A stretch of DNA of 64,000 nt from Burkholderiales bacterium (GTDB lineage Bacteria > Pseudomonadota > Gammaproteobacteria > Burkholderiales > Eutrophovitaceae): NCBI GenBank assembly GCA_035560005.1, contig DATMAN010000031.1:70060-134059 (forward strand), written 5' to 3'. Under the pieces are notes generated by a model that saw nothing but the letters and a program-made list of their open reading frames with translations, did not search any database and was not told the origin of the DNA. Each line of letters opens with the position of its first letter. Position 1 is the first letter of the stretch. Shown piece by piece: positions 17,571 to 26,335 of this stretch. Position numbers and translations under genes: made by a program.

Positions 17571-17614
17571 GCATCTTCACTGATCAAGACAGGTTACGGT
17601 CAACGGAGAAAAAC

Positions 17615-18232
17615 ATGGACCAAGGGCAACTCAGGAGCTGCGCAGCAAAGGTATGCGGCTGCAGTGGCCAAGCATCGCAATCCCAAAGGTCGGTGGAATC
17701 CAGGCGGCGCATCTTTCGCCTAATCGCCGGCATCGCTGCCGGACTGGCTACCCGAACGGCTTTTGCAAACGACGAGGGCCAGATCCTGGTCGGAGACCGC
17801 CTCGTGCTTCACACCGCCCAAGGCGAACCGGTGGCACTGCGGCCCGCAGACGTCAAACCCGGCAAAGTGGTTCTGGCGTTTCCCTTCGACCCTGCGACCA
17901 AGAAGATTCGCAACGAATCGCGCCTGAGCAAGATCCTGCTGGTTCGGGTAGACGAATCCAGGTTCGACGAGGCGACGAGGCAACGCGCCGCTGGCGGCGT
18001 GCTGGCGTTTTCCGCCGTGTGCACCCATGCCGGCTGTGACGTCAACGCGTGGATGAAACAGACGCACAAGCTGCTTTGCTATTGCCATTCCTCACAGTTC
18101 GACCCCTACGCCTCCGGAAGGGTGGCGGAGGGGCCGGCGCCCCGCAGCCTGCCCTGGCTGCCGATAAGGCTGGAGGGTGAGGAGTTGGTGGTGGCTGGGC
18201 AACTGAGCGCTCCGGCGGGCGCGCCCGCCTAG
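17615..18232 (+). CDS. Tat-exported Rieske [2Fe-2S] domain protein
   Basis: Twin-arginine motif SRRRIFRLIAGIAAGLATRTAFA. Rieske boxes CTHAGC and CYCHSS. GGAG RBS. The longer ORF from 17297 is rejected. Confidence 0.85.
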   Translation: MDQGQLRSCAAKVCGCSGQASQSQRSVESRRRIFRLIAGIAAGLATRTAFANDEGQILVGDRLVLHTAQGEPVALRPADVKPGKVVLAFPFDPATKKIRNESRLSKILLVRVDESRFDEATRQRAAGGVLAFSAVCTHAGCDVNAWMKQTHKLLCYCHSSQFDPYASGRVAEGPAPRSLPWLPIRLEGEELVVAGQLSAPAGAPA

Positions 18233-18300
18233 ATTTCGACGACACAGCAACGGTCGTCTCCCGTGTCAGTACCTGCAACCGTGACAAGATCGGAGGAAAC

Positions 18301-20031
18301 ATGAGAAACACCAGAAAGAACAGGATCGGAGCGCTAGTGATCGCCCCCATCATGGCCATGGCGACCGCTCATGGCATGGACTACGTGCCAGTCACCGACG
18401 CCAGGCTGAAAAATCCTGAACCGGCCAACTGGCTGCAGTATCGCGGCAACTACGCTGGCTGGGGCTACAGTCCGCTGAAGCAGATCAACTCCAAGAACGC
18501 GAAGAACCTGACCGTGGCCTGGTCGTTCGCTACCGGGCAGGCGGAGGGCCATCAGTCGCCGCCGATCGTCAACAACGGCTATATGTTCATCACCACGCCG
18601 GGCAGCCAGGTGATCGCCCTCAACGCCAAAACCGGCGAAGAGATCTGGCGCTTCAAGAAAGAGCTGCCGAGGGATCTGCTGCAGCTGCACCCGACCAACC
18701 GCGGCGTAGCGCTGTATGGCGACAAAGTGTACTACACCACCCTCGATACCTTCTTGGTCGCGCTGGACGCCAAAACCGGCAAGCAGGTGTGGGAGTCGAA
18801 GATCGGCGAGTGGAAGCACGGGTACTACACCACGGTGGCGCCGCTCGCCGTCAAGGGCAAGATCCTTGTCGGCATTTCCGGCGGCGAGATGGGCGTTCGC
18901 GGATTCGTCAAGGCATTCGACGCCGAGAGCGGCAAGGAAGCGTGGGTATTTCACACCGTTCCCGCACCTGGAGAACCGGGCGGCGACACTTGGCCCGGCG
19001 AAACTTACAAGACCGGCGGCGGCGCCACCTGGGTCACCGGCACATACGACCCGGAAACCAACCTAACCTTCTGGGGCACCGGCAACCCCGGCCCGTGGCC
19101 CACCGAAGGCCGCAAGGGCGATAATCTCTACACGACCTCGGTGGTGGCGCTCGATGCGGATACCGGCAAACTCAAGGGCTACCACCAGTACCACTGGCAC
19201 GACGCCTGGGACTGGGATGAGGTGTCCGCGCCGGTGCTCATCGACACGGAGATCGGCGGCAAGAAGGTCAAGACCGCCGTGCACGCCGGCCGCAACGGCT
19301 ATCTCTGGGTACTGGAGCGCACGAAGGACAAGATGAACTTCCTCGCCGCGCACAAGTATGTCGAGCAGGATGTGTTCACCAGCATCGATCCGAAGACCGG
19401 CCGGCCGTCCTACGATCCCGCGCGCACCCCGGGCAAGGTGGCGACCACGTTCTGCCCGTCGCTGTGGGGCGGCAAGGACTGGCTGCCGGAAGCCTACAAC
19501 CCGGACACCGGCCTGTTCTACATCCCAGCCACCAACAACCTGTGCTCCGAATTGCCCGAGCCCGAAGAAGGCCTTGAGTACCAACCGGGTGGACTGTACA
19601 TCGGCTATCCGATTCCCGACGTACTGGGCAGCCTGCGCCTGGGCAAGAATGCGCACAAGAGCATCGGAGAAGTGCAGGCGTGGAACCTGAAGACCGGCAA
19701 GCAAGTCTGGACGCACACTTACAAGGGCATCAACTGGGGGCCGCTGCTGACCACCGGCGGTAACCTGGTGTTCGGTGGAGGCACGGCCGACCGTAAGTTC
19801 CGCGCCTTCAACGCTACTACCGGCGAAGTTGTGTGGGAGTACCCCACGCCGTCGGGCGTAACCGGAGTGCCGACCTCCTACGAGATCGATGGCGTCCAGT
19901 ACGTGGCCGTGCAATCAGGCTGGGGCGTGGATGCGCAGCGCATGCAAGCCGGCATCGATGCCGCCACCAACACCAAGACCAATGTCCCGCAGGGCGGCAC
20001 GGTCATGGTGTTCAAGCTGGGCAATAAGTAA
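18301..20031 (+). CDS. PQQ-dependent dehydrogenase, methanol/ethanol (quinoprotein ADH) family
   Basis: Signal peptide. Propeller W-motifs. GISGGEMGVRG (metal Glu), GTGNPGPW (Asn), HDAWDWDE (D304-W-D306). GGAGG RBS. Confidence 0.9.
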   Translation: MRNTRKNRIGALVIAPIMAMATAHGMDYVPVTDARLKNPEPANWLQYRGNYAGWGYSPLKQINSKNAKNLTVAWSFATGQAEGHQSPPIVNNGYMFITTPGSQVIALNAKTGEEIWRFKKELPRDLLQLHPTNRGVALYGDKVYYTTLDTFLVALDAKTGKQVWESKIGEWKHGYYTTVAPLAVKGKILVGISGGEMGVRGFVKAFDAESGKEAWVFHTVPAPGEPGGDTWPGETYKTGGGATWVTGTYDPETNLTFWGTGNPGPWPTEGRKGDNLYTTSVVALDADTGKLKGYHQYHWHDAWDWDEVSAPVLIDTEIGGKKVKTAVHAGRNGYLWVLERTKDKMNFLAAHKYVEQDVFTSIDPKTGRPSYDPARTPGKVATTFCPSLWGGKDWLPEAYNPDTGLFYIPATNNLCSELPEPEEGLEYQPGGLYIGYPIPDVLGSLRLGKNAHKSIGEVQAWNLKTGKQVWTHTYKGINWGPLLTTGGNLVFGGGTADRKFRAFNATTGEVVWEYPTPSGVTGVPTSYEIDGVQYVAVQSGWGVDAQRMQAGIDAATNTKTNVPQGGTVMVFKLGNK

Positions 20032-20070
20032 CTGCCAGACGGCAAGACGCGCGTCGTCTGCTGCTTCGAA

Positions 20071-20110
20071 GACGCGGACCCGTAATTACCGGGTCCGCGT
20101 CATTGTTTCC
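20071..20110 (+). terminator. Stem-loop downstream of the PQQ dehydrogenase gene
   Basis: gacgcggacccg / taattac / cgggtccgcgtc: a perfect 12-bp stem followed by attgtttcc. Confidence 0.6.
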
Positions 20111-20213
20111 GGATGGTCGTGAAATCAGAAGCTTCTGTTCGCCGTTCGCAGAGCACTGCGCCATCGACTCAGATCAGGATTGCGTGCGTTGGACGAAAGA
20201 AATGACAGCCCCG

Positions 20214-20380
20214 CAAAGGCTCCAGATGCCTGGCGCCGACCACGCCTTCGCGGGCGAGCACGTCGATCAAAACAGGTGGTCACTTGGGATAGACCCCCAA
20301 GGACCCGATCGGTAGCGCAGCCCTAACGATAGTGTCCGGTCCCGGTCGCGAGCGCGTGTGTCTTCTTTTCCAAGCGTCAT
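20214..20380 (-). pseudogene. Frameshifted N-terminal remnant of a second mandelate-racemase-family gene
   Basis: MTLGKED..TLSLGLRYRSGPWGSIPSDHLF, a frameshift, then LIDVLAREGVVGARHLEPL (compare ALSVPLRRPIVSRVGEYPNWPFILIDVHTREGVVGRSYLEPY). About 60 nt aligns at roughly 80% nucleotide identity (tgatcgacgtgc..cgcgaaggcgtggtcggc). Confidence 0.7.
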
Positions 20381-20591
20381 GCCTAACTGCTTGTCAGGCT
20401 CTACGGACTCATGGCGATCCCTGAAAACGCAAGAGCTCGAAACAGGTAGCGTCCGGAAGAAGACGCGCACGGACCTGGGCCGCCAGTAGCAGGAAAGCCT
20501 GTCGATCAACGGATTGAGACCTCGGCATCGGCGCCAGGCAGATGGCTTCGGCCGACGCGCAGAATTCTTGACCCTGGAGGCGGAAACACCC

Positions 20592-21902
20592 ATGTCGCAA
20601 ATCGCACGCGCCGCACCGCTGCCCCAGCCCGTGGCAGCTGAGAAACTCGCTTACCAGAAGGTCACGCTGCGGCTCGTGCCCTTCCTCTTCCTCTGCTATC
20701 TCGCCGCCTATCTGGACCGGGTGAACGTCGGCTTTGCCAAGCTGCAGATGCAAGACGATCTGGGTTTCAGCAGCACCGTCTACGGTCTTGGCGCGGGCAT
20801 CTTCTTCGTCGGTTACGTGCTGTTCGAGGTGCCGAGCAACATGATCCTGCACAAGGTCGGCGCAAAGCTGTGGATCGCACGCATCATGATCACCTGGGGT
20901 CTGATTTCCGGCGCGATGATGTTCGTGGAAACGCCGACGCAGTTCTACCTCCTGCGCTTCCTGCTCGGCGTGGCGGAAGCCGGGTTCATTCCCGGCGTGC
21001 TGCTCTACCTCACTTATTGGTATCCGGCGGCGCGCCGCGGTCGCATCGTCGCCCTGTTTCTGGCGGGCATTCCGGTCTCCAGCATCTTTGGCGGCCCGGT
21101 CTCCGGCTGGATTCTCAATACCTTCGCCGATGTCGGCGGTTTGCGCGGCTGGCAGTGGCTGTTCGTGATCGAAGCGATGCCGTCGGTGATTCTGGGCATT
21201 CTCACGTTGTTTCTTCTCGATGACGGGGTGCGCGACGTCAAGTGGCTCACCGAAGCCGAAAAACGCATCATCAGCGACCGCATCGCGGAAGAAAACCAGG
21301 AAAAAGGCGGCCACGCCGGTTTCGGCGATGCCTTCAAGAGCGGGCGCGTCTGGCTGTTGAGCGTGGCCTATTTCTTCTTTGCGAGCGCGATCTACGTCAC
21401 CAGCTTCTGGCTGCCGACGCTGATCAAGGCGCGCGGCGTGAACGACCCGCTGCACATCGGACTGCTAGTCGCCATCCCTTACACGGTGGCGACGATCGCG
21501 ATGATCTGGACCAACGTGCACGCCGACCGCACCCGCGAACGCCGCTGGCACGCCGCCTTGCCGTGCTTCCTCGCCGGAGTCGGGCTGCTGCTGAGCGCCC
21601 TGCCGGGGCAAGCTCTGGTTTACGGCATGCTGGCACTCACCTTGGCCACCGCGGGTGCCTGCGCCGCAGTGGCCGCCTTCTGGAGTCTGCCCGCAGCGTT
21701 CTTGGTCGGGGCCGCGGCGGCGACGGGCATCGCGCTGATCAATTCGCTGGGCAACGTCGCCGGATTCGTCAGCACCTCGCTGGTCGGGTGGATCAGCGAT
21801 CTGACTGGCAGCGCCCAGGCGAGCCTGTACCTGTTCGGTGCACTGATGTTCGTCGGTGGCGCGATGGTTCTGGCGATTCCGGCAAAGCTGGTTAACAAGT
21901 AA
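20592..21902 (+). CDS. MFS transporter, anion:cation symporter (ACS)-like
   Basis: LVPFLFLCYLAAYLDRVNVGFAKLQMQDDLGFS..GAGIFFVGYVLFEVPSN. 12-TM pattern. GGAGG RBS. Confidence 0.9.
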   Translation: MSQIARAAPLPQPVAAEKLAYQKVTLRLVPFLFLCYLAAYLDRVNVGFAKLQMQDDLGFSSTVYGLGAGIFFVGYVLFEVPSNMILHKVGAKLWIARIMITWGLISGAMMFVETPTQFYLLRFLLGVAEAGFIPGVLLYLTYWYPAARRGRIVALFLAGIPVSSIFGGPVSGWILNTFADVGGLRGWQWLFVIEAMPSVILGILTLFLLDDGVRDVKWLTEAEKRIISDRIAEENQEKGGHAGFGDAFKSGRVWLLSVAYFFFASAIYVTSFWLPTLIKARGVNDPLHIGLLVAIPYTVATIAMIWTNVHADRTRERRWHAALPCFLAGVGLLLSALPGQALVYGMLALTLATAGACAAVAAFWSLPAAFLVGAAAATGIALINSLGNVAGFVSTSLVGWISDLTGSAQASLYLFGALMFVGGAMVLAIPAKLVNK

Positions 21903-21926
21903 ACCTTACTCCTACGCGCACAACCC

Positions 21927-23582
21927 ATGGACGCTTCCAAGTACGGAACTCTTTACCAATCCTTGCAGCGCACCGCCGCGCGGTTCGGCGACCGGACGGC
22001 CTATGCGGTGCCGCCGATGGCCGGCCGCGCCTACCACCCGGAGGGCTGGGAGGTCACCTGGGCGCAGACCCTCGCTGCGGTCGAGGAGAAGAAGCGCATC
22101 TACGCGAACGCCGGCTATGGCTACGGGCACCGGGTCGCGATGCTGTTCGACCAGCGGCCGGAATTCTTCTTTCACTATTACGCGCTGAACGCGCTCGGCG
22201 CCGGCGTCGTCCCGATCAATCCCGATTACCGCGCCGACGAGATCCGCTATGTCGTGGAGCACTCGGAGGCGAGCCTCGCGCTCGCGATCGACAGCCGGCT
22301 CGCCGAGATCGAGGCGGTGGCGCGAGCGATCGGCGGCGTCCTGCCGGTGGTGTCCTTCGAGCGCTTTCCCGACCGTCTGCCTGCGCCGGCGCGCCCGGCG
22401 CAGGCTGGCACGCCGGGTCCCGACACCGAGGCCGCGCTGCTCTACACCTCGGGTACCACCGGGCGCCCGAAGGGCTGCATCCTCACCAACGAATACTTCC
22501 ACAGTTTCGGCGCCTGTTATCTTTCGCTCGGCGGCCGCCTGGAGTTTCGCGAAGGCGAAACACGCCTGTACAACCCGCTGCCCTTGCACCATGCCAATGC
22601 GCTGTCGGTCTCCACGCCCGCCCTGCTGCTGTGCGGCGGCTGCCTGATCTTTCCCGACCGCTTCCACGCCAGCACCTGGTGGAAGGACCTGATCGCCACC
22701 CGCGCGAACGCGGCCCAGTTCCAGGGCATCATCCCCAACATCCTGCTGAAACTGCCGCCCTGCCCGGAAGAGCGCCAGCACAGCGTGCGCTTTTCGCTGT
22801 GCGCCGGCGTCGAGCCCAGCCAGCATGAACTCTTCGAGAAGCGCTTCGGCTTTCCCGTCGTCGAGATGTGGGCAATGACCGAGACCGGTCGCCTCATCAG
22901 CGACAGCGTCGAGCCGCGCTCGATTCACACCCGGGCATTCGGGCGGCCCAACGCCTGGGTCGAGGTACGTGTAGTCGACGAGCAGGGTCGCGACCTGCCG
23001 CCCAACCAGCCCGGCGAAATGCTCATCCGCCACAGCGCGCAGACGCCGCGCAAGGGCTTCTTCTCCGGCTACCTCAAGAATCCCGAGGCGACCGAAGAGG
23101 CCTGGCGCGGCGGATGGTTCCATACCGGCGATGTCGTCGCGCGCGACGACACCGGCATGCTGTACTTTGTCGATCGCAAGAGAAACATCATCCGCCGCTC
23201 GGGCGAGAACATTGCCGCGGCCGAGATCGAGGCCTGTCTGACCGCGCACGACAAGGTGAAGCAGGTCGCTGTCATCGCCGCGCCCGACGAGGTGCGCGAG
23301 GAAGAAGTCATGGCCTGCGTGATCGCCAAGTCGCCCGAGGATGTCGCCACCGAAGAGGCGCGCAAGGCGCTGGCGCAGGCGCTGTTCGACTGGTGCTTCG
23401 AGCGCATGGCCTACTTCAAGGCACCGGGCTGGATACTGTTCGTCGACAGCCTGCCCACCGGCACGTCGGCCAAGGTGCAGAAGATCCACATCTTCCCCAC
23501 CGGTACCGACCCGCGCAAGCAGTCCGGCGCGATCGACCTGCGCGCGCAGAAGAAACAGACAAAGCCGGCCGTCTCCCACTGA
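21927..23582 (+). CDS. AMP-dependent synthetase/ligase (acyl-CoA synthetase family)
   Basis: AMP-binding motif LLYTSGTTGRPKG. ..GWFHTGD..DRKRNIIRRSGENI.. with a C-terminal SAKVQK. Confidence 0.9.
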   Translation: MDASKYGTLYQSLQRTAARFGDRTAYAVPPMAGRAYHPEGWEVTWAQTLAAVEEKKRIYANAGYGYGHRVAMLFDQRPEFFFHYYALNALGAGVVPINPDYRADEIRYVVEHSEASLALAIDSRLAEIEAVARAIGGVLPVVSFERFPDRLPAPARPAQAGTPGPDTEAALLYTSGTTGRPKGCILTNEYFHSFGACYLSLGGRLEFREGETRLYNPLPLHHANALSVSTPALLLCGGCLIFPDRFHASTWWKDLIATRANAAQFQGIIPNILLKLPPCPEERQHSVRFSLCAGVEPSQHELFEKRFGFPVVEMWAMTETGRLISDSVEPRSIHTRAFGRPNAWVEVRVVDEQGRDLPPNQPGEMLIRHSAQTPRKGFFSGYLKNPEATEEAWRGGWFHTGDVVARDDTGMLYFVDRKRNIIRRSGENIAAAEIEACLTAHDKVKQVAVIAAPDEVREEEVMACVIAKSPEDVATEEARKALAQALFDWCFERMAYFKAPGWILFVDSLPTGTSAKVQKIHIFPTGTDPRKQSGAIDLRAQKKQTKPAVSH

Positions 23583-23601
23583 GTGAAACAAGGATGATCC
23601 G

Positions 23602-25335
23602 ATGCTTCCTCCTCCGCTGACTCCCGACTGCACCGCCGGCGTCATCGCCCGCTTTCTGAAGGCGCGCAGTGTCGACCGCATCTTCGCCCTGTGCGGCGGC
23701 CACATCATGCCGATCTGGATGCGTGCGGATGCCGAGGGCATTCGCATCATCGACGTGCGCGACGAGCGCGCCGCCGTTTACATGGCCCATGCCCATAGCG
23801 AGCTGACCGGCGGCCTCGGAGTGGCGCTGGTCACTGCCGGCCCCGGCATGACCAACGCGATGACCGGCATCGCCAACGCGCACGTGTCCCGCGCGCCGGT
23901 GCTGGTGCTCTCCGGCGGGCCGCCGCGCCCGCAGGAAAACCGCGGCGGTCTTCAGGATCTGCCCCACGCCGACATGGCGCGTCCAATCACCCGTTATGCG
24001 CGCACGGTGCGCGAACCCGCACTGGTGCTGCAAGAACTGGACGAAGCGGTTTCGCGCGCCTTCGGTCAGGGCGGTGAGCCGGGACCGGTCTATCTGGACT
24101 TTCCGACCGACACGCTGCGCGCGGAGGTGCCGAAGCCGCTGCAGCTCGAAGAACACTTCCGGGTGAAACCGAAGCCGGTGCTGCTGCCCAACGACAACGA
24201 CGTGTCGGCAGCGGTGGAACTGCTGTGGTCGGCGAGGCGCCCGCTGGTGATCAGCGGTCGCGGCGCGCGCGGTGCGGCGCGGGAGTTGCGCGCGCTTCTG
24301 GACGCGCTTGGCGCGCCTTATCTCGACACCGGCGAAAGCAAGGGACTCATTGCCGAAGATCATCCAAGCGTGGTCGCTGCAATGCGTGGCGCGGTGATGG
24401 GCCAGGCCGACGTGGTGGTGACCGTCGGCCGGCGGCTGGATTTCCAGCTTGCCTACGGTTCGCCGGCGGTGTTCGGCGAGGCGAAGTTTCTGCGCATCGG
24501 CGATGTGCCCTCGGAGATCCGCGACAACCGGCGCGGCGCCGTCGAGCTTTTCGCGCAGCCGGCGGCGGCGCTGGCCGCCATCGTGCGCAAGGCGGGCGGC
24601 CGCGCGCCCTCGGTCGACCGCGCCTGGGCCGATGGCCTGCGCGAGAGGCATCTGGAGCGCGCGCAGAAGCTCAAGGCCTCGATGAGCACCGCCGCCTCGG
24701 ACGGTGAAGGACGCATTCATCCGAACCGGCTGCTCGCCGAGCTGCAGGCGCAGCTCAAGCCCGATGCGGTCATCATCGCCGACGGCGGCGATTTCCTCAG
24801 CTTCGCGCGCGTCGGTCTCGCCTGCTCGGTCTACCTCGATCCCGGCTCGCTCGGTTGCATCGGCATCGGTACGCCGTTCGGCGTGGCCGCCAGCCTGGCG
24901 CTCCCCGACAGGCAGGTGGTGGTCGCCACCGGCGACGGGGCGTTCGGCTTCAATGCGATGGAGATCGACACAGCGGTGCGTCACAAGGCGCCGGTGCTGA
25001 TCGTGGTGGCCAACAACGGCGCCTGGCAGATCGAGGTGCACGACCAGAGCGACACCCACGGCAAGGTCGTCGGGACAAAGCTGCAGTTTTCCGATCACGC
25101 GCAGATGGCGCGCGCCTTCGGCATGCACGCCGAGCGGGTGGAAAGGGCGGAGGACCTGAAGGGCGCGATTGCGCGCGCGCTGGACAATCGTCCCGCGCTG
25201 CTCGATGTCGTTGTGTCGCCCGAGGCGCGCTCCTCCGACGGCAAATCGGGGTTGGCGTGGGTGCCCGATCTGCAGCCGCTCGCCGCGTGGGACGACGCGG
25301 AGCGCAGCTGGCGAAGCGCGGTCCGTCATCGCTGA
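23602..25335 (+). CDS. Thiamine diphosphate-dependent enzyme (acetolactate synthase / oxalyl-CoA decarboxylase / 2-hydroxyacyl-CoA lyase superfamily)
   Basis: N-terminal Pyr domain (VALVTAGPGMTNAMTGIANA). C-terminal ThDP motif GDGAFGFNAMEIDTAVRHKAPVLIVVANNGAW. Confidence 0.9.
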   Translation: MLPPPLTPDCTAGVIARFLKARSVDRIFALCGGHIMPIWMRADAEGIRIIDVRDERAAVYMAHAHSELTGGLGVALVTAGPGMTNAMTGIANAHVSRAPVLVLSGGPPRPQENRGGLQDLPHADMARPITRYARTVREPALVLQELDEAVSRAFGQGGEPGPVYLDFPTDTLRAEVPKPLQLEEHFRVKPKPVLLPNDNDVSAAVELLWSARRPLVISGRGARGAARELRALLDALGAPYLDTGESKGLIAEDHPSVVAAMRGAVMGQADVVVTVGRRLDFQLAYGSPAVFGEAKFLRIGDVPSEIRDNRRGAVELFAQPAAALAAIVRKAGGRAPSVDRAWADGLRERHLERAQKLKASMSTAASDGEGRIHPNRLLAELQAQLKPDAVIIADGGDFLSFARVGLACSVYLDPGSLGCIGIGTPFGVAASLALPDRQVVVATGDGAFGFNAMEIDTAVRHKAPVLIVVANNGAWQIEVHDQSDTHGKVVGTKLQFSDHAQMARAFGMHAERVERAEDLKGAIARALDNRPALLDVVVSPEARSSDGKSGLAWVPDLQPLAAWDDAERSWRSAVRHR

Positions 25336-25469
25336 GGCAGGCGGTCAGAACACGCACCTCGAGAAAAGGCGAAAGGGAAGTCTGCAGGACATCGCCAGCA
25401 CGTACCACCACGGCGATGCCGATTTGCGCCGCATTGTTCCGCTTTGGTTGATCTTGCGCGCGGATGGTT

Positions 25470-26219
25470 TTACACCGCCAGGACGCGTTCGAGGGCGACG
25501 CCGCGCACGTCCATCTCGTACTCGAGTTCGACGATCGGCGGGCTGCAGTAGTGCCAGGTCACACCGGGGCCGTTTCCGGTGCGCGGCAGTATCTCCTCCC
25601 GGAGCACGCCATGGATGTCGTGCACCGAGTACACCTGCACTGCGGTCGCGTCGCCCCACGATGCGCCGAGCCCCGCGAGACGCTCTTCCATCTTGCCGAG
25701 CACGAAGCGCACTTTTTGCCTAAGGCCCGCGGGCGTGACGTCGCCGCGCGCCACGATGTCCTCGGGGAAGCGGCCGCCTTCGGGCCATTCGCCGCTGCCC
25801 GCCGCGACGAAGTTGACCGCGGCGGCCGCGGGCACGCTGTAGCAGAACGCGTAGAAGCAGGGTTCGGCCGGCGGGGCAATCCGCGGCGCGACGTTGGAGC
25901 GCGCCACGGGGTTCAGGCCGTCGCGAAACAGGTTCCACTTGGTCAGGACGCCGACATAGCCTTCGTTGAAGGTCCGGAATCCGGCCATGGTGAGCGGCTG
26001 CGGCGAGCGCAGCTCGGCTGCGCAGAGCGCAGTGCGCGGCCTGCCGAGTGCCGCGAGATGCGCTTCGATGGCGGCGAAGCCGTGCAGCAGGGGAAGCGGG
26101 CGCGCGAAACGGACCCGCTCGATGGCGTGACCTTCCAGCGCCTTCACCCCTTGGGAGTAGGCAAAGCCGCCTTTGAGAAACGCGAAACCGCCATCTGGAA
26201 ACGGGATCAACTGCGCCAT
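25470..26219 (-). CDS. Conserved hypothetical protein. From memory it resembles the family annotated as CnbZ-like 2-aminomuconate deaminase; this is unverified.
   Basis: GGAGG RBS 5 nt before ATG 26219. MAQLIPFPDGGFAFLKGGFAYSQGV..ERVRFARPLPLL..ELRSPQPLT..NPVARSNVAP. Confidence 0.65.
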   Translation of the reverse strand: MAQLIPFPDGGFAFLKGGFAYSQGVKALEGHAIERVRFARPLPLLHGFAAIEAHLAALGRPRTALCAAELRSPQPLTMAGFRTFNEGYVGVLTKWNLFRDGLNPVARSNVAPRIAPPAEPCFYAFCYSVPAAAAVNFVAAGSGEWPEGGRFPEDIVARGDVTPAGLRQKVRFVLGKMEERLAGLGASWGDATAVQVYSVHDIHGVLREEILPRTGNGPGVTWHYCSPPIVELEYEMDVRGVALERVLAV

Positions 26220-26335
26220 TGCGCCTCCACGGATGCGCGCCGGCGATCTGGTCGTGCCGGCGCTCGGTGCCGAATGCACCGCAGTCTGGAGCAAAATAGC
26301 GCTCCGTGGAAGCTCGCGATGGAGACCGCAACGAC

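Noticed and set aside
17297-17614. N-terminal 106 codons of the 311-aa ORF containing the Rieske domain
   Set aside because: This part runs across the AT-rich intergenic region and the GntR pseudogene in a different frame. ATG 17615 has a GGAG RBS and gives a normal Tat signal.
20103-20315. 70-aa plus-strand ORF downstream of the PQQ dehydrogenase
   Set aside because: It lies antisense to the racemase pseudogene remnant and has no RBS. Its translation is the mirror of the LIDVLAREGVVG segment.
20561-20568. AGAATTCT palindrome upstream of the MFS gene, as a third copy of the GntR operator
   Set aside because: Only the central GAATTC core matches. At 8 bp it is too short to distinguish from chance.
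21912-25329. 612-aa and 637-aa minus-strand ORFs (21912-23750 and 23416-25329)
   Set aside because: They are antisense to the acyl-CoA ligase and ThDP enzyme genes. They have no motifs and a shadow-ORF composition.
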